From: Candidatus Methylomirabilota bacterium
Lineage (GTDB): Bacteria > Methylomirabilota > Methylomirabilia > Methylomirabilales > 2-02-FULL-66-22
Direction: 5' to 3'
Assembly: GCA_016209735.1 (NCBI GenBank)
Contig: JACQVN010000034.1
Coordinates: 9,557 to 73,556, forward strand
DNA: 64,000 nucleotides
The position numbers and the translations under genes were made by a program. Positions within the stretch are counted from its first letter, which is position 1; each line of letters begins with the position of its first letter. The notes beneath the pieces are model-generated. The model was not told where the DNA came from, did not search any database, and saw nothing but the letters and a program-made list of their open reading frames with translations. Of this stretch, positions 47,842-56,351 are shown piece by piece.

Positions 47842-48075
47842 ATGGTGGCGACGTTGCGGGTGCGCTTGCTGTTCCCGGCAGAGCTGGTGCGGGAGCCGAT
47901 CATCTATTCCGTCGCCACGAGACACCACCTGATTCCCAACCTCCGCAAGGCACGAGTCACGGAGCGATCCGGCGAGGCGATCCTCGACCTCAGCGGGGAT
48001 GAAGAGTCTCTCAGACAGGGGATCGAGTACTTGACGGGCCTGGGGGTGAAAGTCAAACCGCTGCCGATCGAGTGA
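47842..48075 (+). CDS. NIL-domain protein (77 aa), paralogue 2
   Basis: ATG 47842 behind GGGAGGG. MVATLRVRLLFPAELVREPIIYSVATRHHLIPNLRKARVTERSGEAILDLSGDEESLRQGIEYLTGLGV. Confidence 0.75.
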   Translation: MVATLRVRLLFPAELVREPIIYSVATRHHLIPNLRKARVTERSGEAILDLSGDEESLRQGIEYLTGLGVKVKPLPIE

Positions 48076-48091
48076 GGGGGAACGCGAGTCG

Positions 48092-49363
48092 ATGAGCGAC
48101 ATCAAGGGGTTGAAGTGTCGAGAATGCGCCCGGGCCTATCCCATCCGTCCCGTGCATGTCTGCGAGTTCTGCTTTGGGCCCTTGGAGGTCGACTACGACT
48201 ACGCCGCCATCGGGGCCAGGGTGACTCGGCAGAGCATCGAGGCTGGGCCGGCCACCATGTGGCGCTATCGGGCGTTGCTGCCCGTAGACGGCGAGATCGT
48301 GGTGGGGCGCTATTGCGGCCTCACCCCCCTGGTGGAGGCGCGCAATTTGGGCAAGGCCCTCGGCCTCCGCCGCCTCTACCTCAAGAACGACACCGTCAAC
48401 CACCCGACGCTCTCCTTCAAGGACCGGGTGGTGGCCGTGGCGGTGAACAAGGCCCTGGAATTCGGTTTCCCGGTTGTCGCCTGCGCCTCCACCGGCAACC
48501 TGGCCAACTCGGTGGCCGCCCACGCCGCGGAAGGAGGGCTGACGAGCTTCATCTTCATTCCCGCGGACCTGGAGCGGGGGAAGGTGCTGGGGACTTCGAT
48601 CTACGCGGCGAATGTGGTGGCGGTCCGCGGGACCTACGACGAGGTCAACCGCCTGTGCAGCGAGATTGCCGACAAGCACGGGTGGGGCTTCGCCAACATC
48701 AATCTGCGACCGTTCTACGCCGAGGGGTCCAAAACCTTCGGCTACGAGATCGCCGAACAGTTGGGGTGGCGTGCTCCGGATCACGTGGTGGTGCCGGCGG
48801 CGGGGGGGTCCTTGATCACCAAGATCTGGAAGGGCCTGCGCGAGTTTCACGGCCTGCGCCTGATTCCGGGCGTGCCGACGCGGATGCACGTGGCACAGGC
48901 GGCGGGCTGCGCCCCCATCGTGACCGCGGTCAGGGCGAATACCGACCTCATTCGGCCGGTCAAGCAGCCCACGGGGATTGCCAAGTCGCTGGCCATCGGC
49001 AACCCGGCCGACGGGTACTACGCCTTCAAGACGGTCAAGCAGAGCGGGGGGATGGGGGAAGAGGCGACCGACGAGGAGATTGTGGATGCCATGAAGCTCT
49101 TGGCAGCGACCGAGGGAATATTCGCCGAGACGGCCGGCGGGGTCACGCTGGCGGCGACCCGGAAGCTGGTCCAGCAGGGCGCGATCGGGCGGGACGAGGT
49201 GACGGTCGCCTGCATCACCGGGAACGGCCTCAAGACTCAGGAGGCGGTGGCGGCGGCCCTGCGACCCCCGATCCACATCCAGCCGACGCTGCGATCGTTC
49301 GATGAGATCTTGACCCAATCCAACGGCGCCGGCCCGAGCCTGGTGGACGGCAAGGCGGCGTAG
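48092..49363 (+). CDS. threonine-synthase-family PLP enzyme with N-terminal zinc ribbon (candidate homocysteine-forming, MetM-like)
   Basis: 423 aa. CRECARAY...CEFCFG ribbon, PLP-lysine motif HPTLSFKDR, and a ThrC-like fold throughout. The functional guess rests on SAM-riboswitch control and the adjacent sulfur carrier. Confidence 0.85.
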   Translation: MSDIKGLKCRECARAYPIRPVHVCEFCFGPLEVDYDYAAIGARVTRQSIEAGPATMWRYRALLPVDGEIVVGRYCGLTPLVEARNLGKALGLRRLYLKNDTVNHPTLSFKDRVVAVAVNKALEFGFPVVACASTGNLANSVAAHAAEGGLTSFIFIPADLERGKVLGTSIYAANVVAVRGTYDEVNRLCSEIADKHGWGFANINLRPFYAEGSKTFGYEIAEQLGWRAPDHVVVPAAGGSLITKIWKGLREFHGLRLIPGVPTRMHVAQAAGCAPIVTAVRANTDLIRPVKQPTGIAKSLAIGNPADGYYAFKTVKQSGGMGEEATDEEIVDAMKLLAATEGIFAETAGGVTLAATRKLVQQGAIGRDEVTVACITGNGLKTQEAVAAALRPPIHIQPTLRSFDEILTQSNGAGPSLVDGKAA

Positions 49364-49446
49364 CGTGCAATCGATGCGGGTGCGCCTCCGCCCCTGGCGG
49401 GCGGCGGCCAGTGCCCACCTGACCACGACGAAGGAGGGGAGATCGC

Positions 49447-49989
49447 ATGGCAGTTACCGTTCGAATTCCGACTCCGCTACGGGCATTGACGGGCGGGAAG
49501 GGGGACCTCCGGATCGAGGCCGCGAACGTTCGGGATCTCGTGGATGGGCTGGAGAAGGAGCACACGGGCCTGAAGGAGCGGCTCTGCGAGAGCGACGGTT
49601 CGTTCCGGCGGTTCATCAACATCTATCTGAACGATGAGGACATCCGCTTTCTTCAGGGGGCGGACACCGGTCTCAAGGACGGGGACGAAGTGTCCATCGT
49701 CCCGGCCATCGCCGGCGGCCGCCAGCTTCGCCGCCCCGCGCGCAGGGACGGGAGGACGGGACAGGACTTACAGGATGATCAGGATCGGTCGCCCCGGTCA
49801 AACCCCTCTTTCCTCTCCGGTCTGCCCAGGGAAAGGCGCGTTCTTGGTACGGAGAGCCTCCCACGAAGGGACAATTCTCGGCAGCACGAATGTCTTCGAG
49901 CCCTGGGACACGCAGCGAAAGCTCGTCCAGGAAGATGGCCTCCAGTTCCCGCACCAGACCCGTATCCTCGCCGAGGCCGAAAAGATTGA
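49447..49989 (+). CDS. CysO/MoaD/ThiS-family sulfur carrier protein; the ubiquitin-like domain ends ...VPAIAGG at 49719 but the frame stays open for 89 further low-complexity codons
   Basis: Residues 1-91 (MAVTVRIPTPLRALTGGKGDL...FINIYLNDEDIRF...GDEVSIVPAIAGG) closely resemble mycobacterial CysO. No stop codon follows Gly-Gly (GGC GGC CGC CAG...). The first in-frame stop is at 49987-49989. Confidence 0.8.
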   Translation: MAVTVRIPTPLRALTGGKGDLRIEAANVRDLVDGLEKEHTGLKERLCESDGSFRRFINIYLNDEDIRFLQGADTGLKDGDEVSIVPAIAGGRQLRRPARRDGRTGQDLQDDQDRSPRSNPSFLSGLPRERRVLGTESLPRRDNSRQHECLRALGHAAKARPGRWPPVPAPDPYPRRGRKD

Positions 49990-50535
49990 CCAGCACGTGA
50001 TCGGGAAGGCGCAGGCCGTCCCGGCCGGCCGCCTCCTGCCGCTGCCATTCCATTTCCCCCGGCAGGAAGATGCGATCGGCGCTCTTGGAGCGGGGGGCGC
50101 TCTTGATCTCGCGGATCATGCCGTCCATGCGCTCCCTGAGGTCTGCACGGGCATCATGGCGGGAACGTCGATGGCGACGAAGGCGATGGGGTTCGTCCCC
50201 AGGATAGGGCCGCACCCTCCGGGGAGCGTCATCCAGGGATCGGTGTTGGTCATGGCCATCCCGATCATGTCCTCCTTGAGAGCCATGACCGCGTAGTAGC
50301 CGGCGGCGCCGAAGTGGTTGCTCCCGCGCACGCCGCCATAGGCAATGCCCGCGGCCTTGGCTTTCCGCATGGCGAGTGCCATGGCGCGGAAGGCAATGAC
50401 CGTCGGCATGCCCCGGCGACCGTCCACGACGGCCCAGGCGGGGCCTTCGCCGACCGTCTGGGGAAGGGCCCGGGGGTCGATCCGGCCGTCCCGGCGCTGC
50501 AATACAATCAGGCCCGGCAGGAAATGTCCAACGAA
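49930..50535 (-). pseudogene. decayed malate/L-lactate dehydrogenase-family (Ldh_2) gene: N-terminally truncated, internal deletion with frameshift
   Basis: One frame reads ...RIDPRALPQTVGEGPAWAVVDGRRGMP...AKAAGIAYGGVRGSNHFGAAGYY...ILGTNPIAFVAIDVPAMMPVQTS and stops at 50116. A different frame continues DLRERMDGMIREIKSAP...DRIFLPGEMEWQRQ..., the family's C-terminal part. About 100+ central residues and ~45 N-terminal residues are missing. The end coordinates are approximate. Confidence 0.65.
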
Positions 50536-50709
50536 TTATCGGGGACGGGCGGCATATAGCGTATGGCTTATGGCTAGGCCATGGTTCCGTCTCTGCCATA
50601 CGCCACGTGCCATCGGCCCTAAGCCCAATGCTGCTTACATAGACGTGGGACACGGGGGGGTCCGCCTCTCCGAAGGAGTCCGGAGTCCAGCGGACCGGCA
50701 GATGCGAAC

Positions 50710-50765
50710 AAATCCGCCCAACCCCCCTTTAACAAAGGGGGGCGAGGGGGGATTTCATCCGGCTG
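50710..50765. repeat. family-C G/C-tract palindrome with CATCCGGCTG tail
   Basis: AAATCCGCCCAACCCCCCTTTAACAAAGGGGGGCGAGGGGGGATTTCATCCGGCTG. Its right half and tail are identical to the copy at 19467-19524. Confidence 0.85.
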
Positions 50766-50853
50766 ACGCGCCAGGTCAACAGTAATGGCCTTCAGCCAGG
50801 TCTATCGCCCCGCGGCCCCCGTGCTTCCGTGGTGAAAGAGGCGAACGGAAGAG

Positions 50854-51924
50854 ATGCAGATCGGACCGTACCGGCTGAAGAACGATCTGATCGTCGCGCC
50901 CATGGCGGGCGTGACCGACCGGCCCTTCCGCCAGCTCTGCAAGGCCTTTGGCGCCGGTATGGCCGTCTCGGAGATGGTCACCAGCAACTCCCTCCTTTAC
51001 GGCTCGGCCAAGACGCGCCGTCGGGCCGACCACCAGGGAGAGGTCGAGCCGATCGCCGTTCAGATCGCCGGGGCCGATCCGGCATTGATGGCAGAGGCGG
51101 CACGCTACAACGTGGCGGCCGGCGCGCAGATCATCGACATCAACATGGGCTGTCCCGCCCAGAAGGTCTGCAACGCCCTGGCGGGATCGGCCCTGCTCCG
51201 GGATGAGCCGCTGGTGGCGCGGATTCTGGAGGCGGTTGTCGGCGCGGCGGGGGTGCCGGTGACGTTGAAGATTCGAACCGGCTGGGACCCCGCCCATCGC
51301 AACGCCTTGCGAGTCGCCAGGATGGCCGAGGCGTCCGGGGTACAGGCGCTGACCATCCACGGCCGGACGCGGACGTGCGCCTTCCGGGGTGAGGCCGAAT
51401 ACGACACCATGGCCGAGGTGAAGGCGGCGGTCCGCATCCCGATCATTGCCAACGGGGACATCACCACGCCGGAGAAGGCCAGGGCCGTCAAGGTGCGCAC
51501 CCAGGCAGACGGCCTGATGATCGGCCGGGCGGCGCAGGGCCGCCCCTGGATCTTCCGCGAGATCGAGCACTTCCTGGCCACGGGCACCCACTTGCCTACG
51601 CCGGAGGTGGCCGAGATCGCCCAGGTCCTGGATCGTCACCTGCTCGATCTGTACGACTTTTACGGGGATCCGGTGGGCGTCCGGATGGCCCGGAAGCATA
51701 TTGCCTGGTACACCAGGGGGCTCGCCCATTCTGCCGCTTTCCGCCACGGCATGATGCAGCTCGAGACCCGCAACGAACAGTTGGCCGCCGTCCGGCAGTT
51801 CTTCCACGAGTTGGCCCTCCTCGGTCGGTTTCTTCCCTTCGACTCCCCGCCTGTCGCGCCGGAGGCGGCTGCCGTTTCGCTCGCCCCCACGAGCGCCTTG
51901 ACACCTCCTCCCGGTATTCGATAG
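50854..51924 (+). CDS. dusB: tRNA-dihydrouridine synthase
   Basis: 356 aa. VAPMAGVTDRPFR, IDINMGCPAQKV, and a Dus-like TIM barrel plus helical C-terminal domain. Confidence 0.9.
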   Translation: MQIGPYRLKNDLIVAPMAGVTDRPFRQLCKAFGAGMAVSEMVTSNSLLYGSAKTRRRADHQGEVEPIAVQIAGADPALMAEAARYNVAAGAQIIDINMGCPAQKVCNALAGSALLRDEPLVARILEAVVGAAGVPVTLKIRTGWDPAHRNALRVARMAEASGVQALTIHGRTRTCAFRGEAEYDTMAEVKAAVRIPIIANGDITTPEKARAVKVRTQADGLMIGRAAQGRPWIFREIEHFLATGTHLPTPEVAEIAQVLDRHLLDLYDFYGDPVGVRMARKHIAWYTRGLAHSAAFRHGMMQLETRNEQLAAVRQFFHELALLGRFLPFDSPPVAPEAAAVSLAPTSALTPPPGIR

Positions 51925-51974
51925 TCTCGCGATGGGAGGGGACAACCCGCAGCTTCGCGGAGGAGGAGGCGCTC

Positions 51975-53612
51975 ATGAAGGTCGCCGCGGCCGTGGCGGA
52001 GATCCTGAAGCGGGAGGGGGTCGAGTTCCTCATCGGTTATCCGGTCAATCCCGTCATCGAGGCCGCCGCCGCGGCCGACATTCGCACGATCGTCGTCCGG
52101 CAGGAACGGGTGGGCCTGCACATGGCGGACGCGGTGAGCCGGCAGTCCTCGGGGCGGCGGATCGGCGTCTTCGCCCTGCAGCACGGACCGGGCGCCGAGA
52201 ATGCCTTCGGCGGGATCGCCCAGGCCTACAGCGAGTCGGTTCCCATCATCGTGCTTGCGGCGGGGTACGGCCGGCGACTGAACAATTACCCTCCCTTCTT
52301 CAGCGCCTACCTGAACTACCAGCACATCGTGAAGTGGATCGAGCAGTTGAACTGCGCCGACGCCACGCCGGACGTCCTGCGGCGCGCCTTCACCCAGGCG
52401 CGGAACGGCCGCCCCCGGCCCGTGGTGGTGGAGATCCCGGTGGACGTTTTCCCGGAGGAGGTACCCGAGCCGCTCGGCTACCAGCCTGCGCTTCACGCCC
52501 GGACGGCCCCGGATCCTCACACCATCCCTCGAGCGGCCGAGGCATTGGTTGCCGCGGAGCGGCCGGTGATCTATGCCGGACAGGGCATCCATTACGCCCG
52601 GGCCTGGGATGCGCTGAAGGAGCTAGCCGAACTTCTCGAAGCCCCCGTCATCACCAGCCTGCAGGGGAAAAGCGCCTTTCCCGAGACGCACCCCCTTTCC
52701 GCAGGTTCAGGGGGCCGATCGATACCCAGGACCGTCTTCCATTTCCTCCAGCATGCCGACCTCATCTTCGGCATCGGCTGCAGCTTCACCAGCAGCAATT
52801 TTGCTACGCCCATGCCGAGGGGGAAGGCGATCCTCCATGCCACGCTGGACCCGGCGGACCTGAACAAGAACGTCGTTGCCACGCATGCCTTGGTGGGGGA
52901 CGCGGGCCTCACCCTGGAGGCACTCCTGCCCGAAATCCGCGATCGCCTGAAGGGGAAGCCGCGGGGGCGGGCGGAGGCGGTGGCCGTCGAGGTCCGCAAG
53001 GTTGAAAGGGAGTGGATGGCCCAGTGGCGGCCCAAGCTCACCTCGGAAGAAATCCCGCTCTGCCCGTACCGTGTCATCTGGGACCTCATGCATACGGTGG
53101 ACGTGGCCAACACCATTATCACCCACGACGCGGGCAGTCCGCGGGACCAGCTCTCCCCCTTCTGGAGGACGGTCGCGCCCCTGACCTACATCGGCTGGGG
53201 GAAGACGACCCAGCTCGGGTACGGCCTGGGGCTGGCCATGGGGGCCAAGCTGGCCCACCCGGAAAAGCTCTGCATCAACGTCTGGGGGGACGCCGCCATC
53301 GGCATGACCGGCATGGATTTCGAGACTGCGGTCCGCGAGCGGATTCCGATCTTGTCCATCCTGTTGAACAATTTCAGCATGGCGATGGAGCTGCCGGTGA
53401 TGAAAGTGGCCACGGAGAAGTACCGGAGCACCGACATCTCCGGCAAGTACGCGGACATGGCCAGGGCCTTCGGGGGCTACGGGGAGCGCGTGATGGAGCC
53501 CTCGGAAATCGTCCCGGCCATCCGGCGGGGCATCCGGAAAACCCAGGAAGGAATTCCAGCGCTGCTGGAATTCCTGACATCAAAAGAATTGGCCTGCTCC
53601 CAGTTCAAGTAG
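51975..53612 (+). CDS. thiamine-diphosphate-dependent enzyme (acetolactate synthase / sulfoacetaldehyde acetyltransferase-like)
   Basis: 545 aa. N-terminal PYR domain (GPGAENAFGGIAQAY) and a ThDP-binding motif GDAAIGMTGMDFETAV...LLNN. Confidence 0.85.
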   Translation: MKVAAAVAEILKREGVEFLIGYPVNPVIEAAAAADIRTIVVRQERVGLHMADAVSRQSSGRRIGVFALQHGPGAENAFGGIAQAYSESVPIIVLAAGYGRRLNNYPPFFSAYLNYQHIVKWIEQLNCADATPDVLRRAFTQARNGRPRPVVVEIPVDVFPEEVPEPLGYQPALHARTAPDPHTIPRAAEALVAAERPVIYAGQGIHYARAWDALKELAELLEAPVITSLQGKSAFPETHPLSAGSGGRSIPRTVFHFLQHADLIFGIGCSFTSSNFATPMPRGKAILHATLDPADLNKNVVATHALVGDAGLTLEALLPEIRDRLKGKPRGRAEAVAVEVRKVEREWMAQWRPKLTSEEIPLCPYRVIWDLMHTVDVANTIITHDAGSPRDQLSPFWRTVAPLTYIGWGKTTQLGYGLGLAMGAKLAHPEKLCINVWGDAAIGMTGMDFETAVRERIPILSILLNNFSMAMELPVMKVATEKYRSTDISGKYADMARAFGGYGERVMEPSEIVPAIRRGIRKTQEGIPALLEFLTSKELACSQFK

Positions 53613-53682
53613 CGGGCGCCGCGATTGCCCCGCATAATTCACCACGAAGTGGTCATGGGCAGTTTGCCCACTCACGCCTGAT

Positions 53683-53748
53683 GAAGATCCCCCCCACCCC
53701 CCTGCGGCGGGTACCCGGCGGAGGGCAGGGTGAGGGGGGATTTTCTTC
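53683..53748. repeat. family-C-like palindrome variant
   Basis: GAAGATCCCCCCCACCCCCCTGCGGCGGGTACCCGGCGGAGGGCAGGGTGAGGGGGGATTTTCTTC, read directly. Confidence 0.7.
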
Positions 53749-53751
53749 GCA

Positions 53752-53887
53752 GAGCGCGAAGGACACGAAGAAGAAACTTGGATGGGCCTTTCGCACAGCA
53801 CCCGTTCTTCCTACAAGCTGCTCATACGACATGACCGCGGACGGCGGTTTGGTAGGGGCGGGGTATACCCCCGCCCGCAAGGGATAA
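53752..53887 (-). repeat. repeat module E, inverted copy, abutting the type-A element
   Basis: The reverse complement contains GCGGGCGGGGGTATACCCCGCCCCTAC ... CTTGTAGGAAGAACGGGTGCTGTGCGAAAGGCCCA ... TTCTTCTTCGTGTCCTTCGC, aligning with 13052-13165. Confidence 0.75.
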
Positions 53888-54142
53888 CCTGGTTTTTGCG
53901 CGCTGGGCGCGCAAAAACCAAACTGGTTGGGCAAAAGAATTTCTTCCACGGGGCTTCCGATCAGTCCCATCAAGGGGACGCGTGATGGGGGGCAACCCCG
54001 GGCGATTCGAGTCGTGTCCCATCACTTGTAACCCTCGGGGTGACCTCCTTCCGGGATGGTCGGTGTTCACTTCCGGCCTATCCCCCAGAGGTTCCCTGAT
54101 GTGTTTCAAGGATGGTTTTTGTGCGCCAGCGCAAAAACCAGG
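53888..54142 (+). repeat. type-A hairpin-bounded repeat element, full copy (most divergent)
   Basis: Terminal hairpins lie at 53888-53919 and 54114-54142. Internal helix GTGATGGGG (53982-53990) / TCCCATCAC (54017-54025). Confidence 0.9.
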
Positions 54143-54159
54143 TGAGGAGGTGGAGGGTC

Positions 54160-54906
54160 GTGGATCTGAATCTCAGGGATCGGTTCAACACGCGCTGGCG
54201 GCAGTATTTCGGTGAAGCCGAGCTTCCCATTACCTTCTACTACACCGACCGGGAGGATACGGCGACGGCGGCGGCTGCCGCCACGGGCCACCGCTGCGTG
54301 GTCGGAGACCTGGCCGAGGTCCGGCACGGCAAGCCGCTCCGTTTCGACCTCGACTCGGTGGGCTGCTGGGGGGGCAAGCGCTACTTCGGCTTCACGCAGA
54401 CGATCTCCCCCACCTTCGATTACTTCCTCTCCTGCGGGATTCCCGGGAAAGTCGATGGGGAGCGGTACAAGAAATCGCCGGAGTTGGTGCGGGCCTTCGT
54501 CGCGCAGTCGCCCACCTTCACCGCGCCCGCCAAGTTCATCGTCTTCAAGCGCTGGGACCATCTCGACGAGCGGGACGAACCGGCGGTGGCGATCTTCTTC
54601 GCCAGACCCGATGTCCTCTCCGGCCTCTTCACCCTGACCAATTTTGACGAGACGGATCCGAACGGCGTCTTCGCCCCCTTTGCCGCGGGCTGCGGCTCGA
54701 TCGTGCAATATCCCTACCTGGAGCGGACCAAGCCGCGCCCGCGCGCCGTCCTCGGCATGTTCGATGTCTCGGCGCGACCCTGCGTCCCCAAGGATGTCCT
54801 GTCGTTCGCGATTCCCATGCCCAAGCTCGAACGGATGATCGCGGACATGCCGGAGAGCTTCCTGATCACCCATTCGTGGGAGAAAGTGCGGGAGCGGCTT
54901 GGGTAG
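54160..54906 (+). CDS. DUF169-domain protein
   Basis: I start it at GTG 54160 behind GGAGGTGGAGGG; the track start at 54112 lies inside the repeat hairpin. The family call is from overall resemblance (…CWGGKRYFGF…FARPDVLSGLF…GCGS…). Confidence 0.7.
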   Translation: MDLNLRDRFNTRWRQYFGEAELPITFYYTDREDTATAAAAATGHRCVVGDLAEVRHGKPLRFDLDSVGCWGGKRYFGFTQTISPTFDYFLSCGIPGKVDGERYKKSPELVRAFVAQSPTFTAPAKFIVFKRWDHLDERDEPAVAIFFARPDVLSGLFTLTNFDETDPNGVFAPFAAGCGSIVQYPYLERTKPRPRAVLGMFDVSARPCVPKDVLSFAIPMPKLERMIADMPESFLITHSWEKVRERLG

Positions 54907-54956
54907 GGCGAGCGGGGAGGGGGGGAGGGGGAGAGGGGGAGAGCGGGGGACGGGTG

Positions 54957-55352
54957 ATGCGAACGAAGCGGATCAGTAACCACGAGGAGCTTGAGGTCTA
55001 TCAACTTGCCTTCGAGCTTGCGATGCAGATCTTCCTGCTTTCGAAGGGCTTTCCGCGGGAGGAGTTGTATTCGCTGACCGATCAGATCCGTCGCGCTTCG
55101 CGGTCCGTTTGCACAAACGTTGCTGAAGCGTGGCGAAAGCGCCGGTATGCAGCTTCGTTCGTGAGTAATCTCAGTGACGCAGAAACGGAAGCTGCGGAGA
55201 CGCAGGTATGGTGTAGCTTTGCCGTTCGTTGCGGTTATCTGTCAAGTGAGATTGGGGAAGAGTTGAAGAGGAAGTACGATCAAGTAATCGGCAAGCTCAT
55301 AGTGATGATGACTCATCCAGAAGATTGGGTCATCTCGAACCGAGGCGCGTAA
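54957..55352 (+). CDS. four-helix-bundle protein (23S rRNA intervening-sequence protein / Avd-like family)
   Basis: ATG 54957 inside track ORF 54876-55352. ELEVYQLAFELAMQIFLLSKGFPREELYSLTDQIRRASRSVCTNVAEAW is the family signature. GC content is visibly lower than in the neighbours. Confidence 0.85.
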   Translation: MRTKRISNHEELEVYQLAFELAMQIFLLSKGFPREELYSLTDQIRRASRSVCTNVAEAWRKRRYAASFVSNLSDAETEAAETQVWCSFAVRCGYLSSEIGEELKRKYDQVIGKLIVMMTHPEDWVISNRGA

Positions 55353-55421
55353 AATGCTCCCCCTCTCCCCATCTCCAGATCACCCCCTCACCCCCTCACC
55401 TCCCCTGATCCGGATTGGAGA

Positions 55422-56351
55422 ATGATCATGGACAAGATTGAGCGGGTACGCGCGACCCTGGCGGGGCAGCCGGTGGACCATCCCCCCTTCACCATCTGGT
55501 ACCATTTCGGGAACCAGCACGCGTCTCCGGACCTCGCGGCCCAGGTGCACCTGGACTTCTTCACCCACTATGACCTGGACCTCCTCAAAGTCATGAACGA
55601 CTACGACTACCCGATGCCGTCCGGCATGGAGGCGGTTGCCACCGCGGCGGACCTCAAGCGGCTGGCGGCCCTGGACCCGGCGCGGACCCCCATGGCAAAT
55701 CAGTGGCAGGCCCTCGAGCGAATCGCCATGGCGCTCAAGGGCAAGGCCCTCTTCGTGGACACCATGTTCAATGCCTGGAACACGCTGCGACGCAATTTGG
55801 CCAAGGATGCCATGGAGCCCCTGATGCAGCGCGAACCTGGGGCGGTGGAGGGGGCACTCGGCGCCGTCAACCAGACGCTGATCCGCTACGCAGTCGGGGC
55901 GCTGGAGCGGGGGGCGGCCGGCATCTTCCTGTCGGTTCCCGCCTCGGCCGAATTCGTGACGCGGGAGCAGTACGAGCGTTTCATGCGCCCCTTCGACCTG
56001 GAGCTGCTCCGCGCCGTCCAGGGCAAGGGCGAGTTCCACGTCCTCCACGCCCACGGGGAAAAGCTCTACCTTGACCGCCTGCTGGACTACCCGGTGCAGG
56101 TCCTTTCCTGGGCAGACCTGAACGGCGGGCCGAGCATCGCGGAGGCGCGTCAGCGGACGCCGTTTACCCTCATGGCCGGCATCGATCATGTCAAATTCCA
56201 GTACACCTCGGTTCCGGTGATCAAGGCTCAGGTCCGTGCCACGCGGCGCCAGGCAGGCAATGCCCGTTTCATCCTGGCCCCCGGCTGCTCCGTGGCCACC
56301 TACACCTTCCCCCCCATGATCCTGGCAGCGCGGGATGCCTGCCGCGCCTGA
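55422..56351 (+). CDS. uroporphyrinogen-decarboxylase-family protein (URO-D/MtaA-like)
   Basis: 309 aa. URO-D-like TIM-barrel pattern (ERVRATLAGQPVDHPPF...DLDLLKVMNDYDYP...HAHGEK...). Confidence 0.7.
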   Translation: MIMDKIERVRATLAGQPVDHPPFTIWYHFGNQHASPDLAAQVHLDFFTHYDLDLLKVMNDYDYPMPSGMEAVATAADLKRLAALDPARTPMANQWQALERIAMALKGKALFVDTMFNAWNTLRRNLAKDAMEPLMQREPGAVEGALGAVNQTLIRYAVGALERGAAGIFLSVPASAEFVTREQYERFMRPFDLELLRAVQGKGEFHVLHAHGEKLYLDRLLDYPVQVLSWADLNGGPSIAEARQRTPFTLMAGIDHVKFQYTSVPVIKAQVRATRRQAGNARFILAPGCSVATYTFPPMILAARDACRA

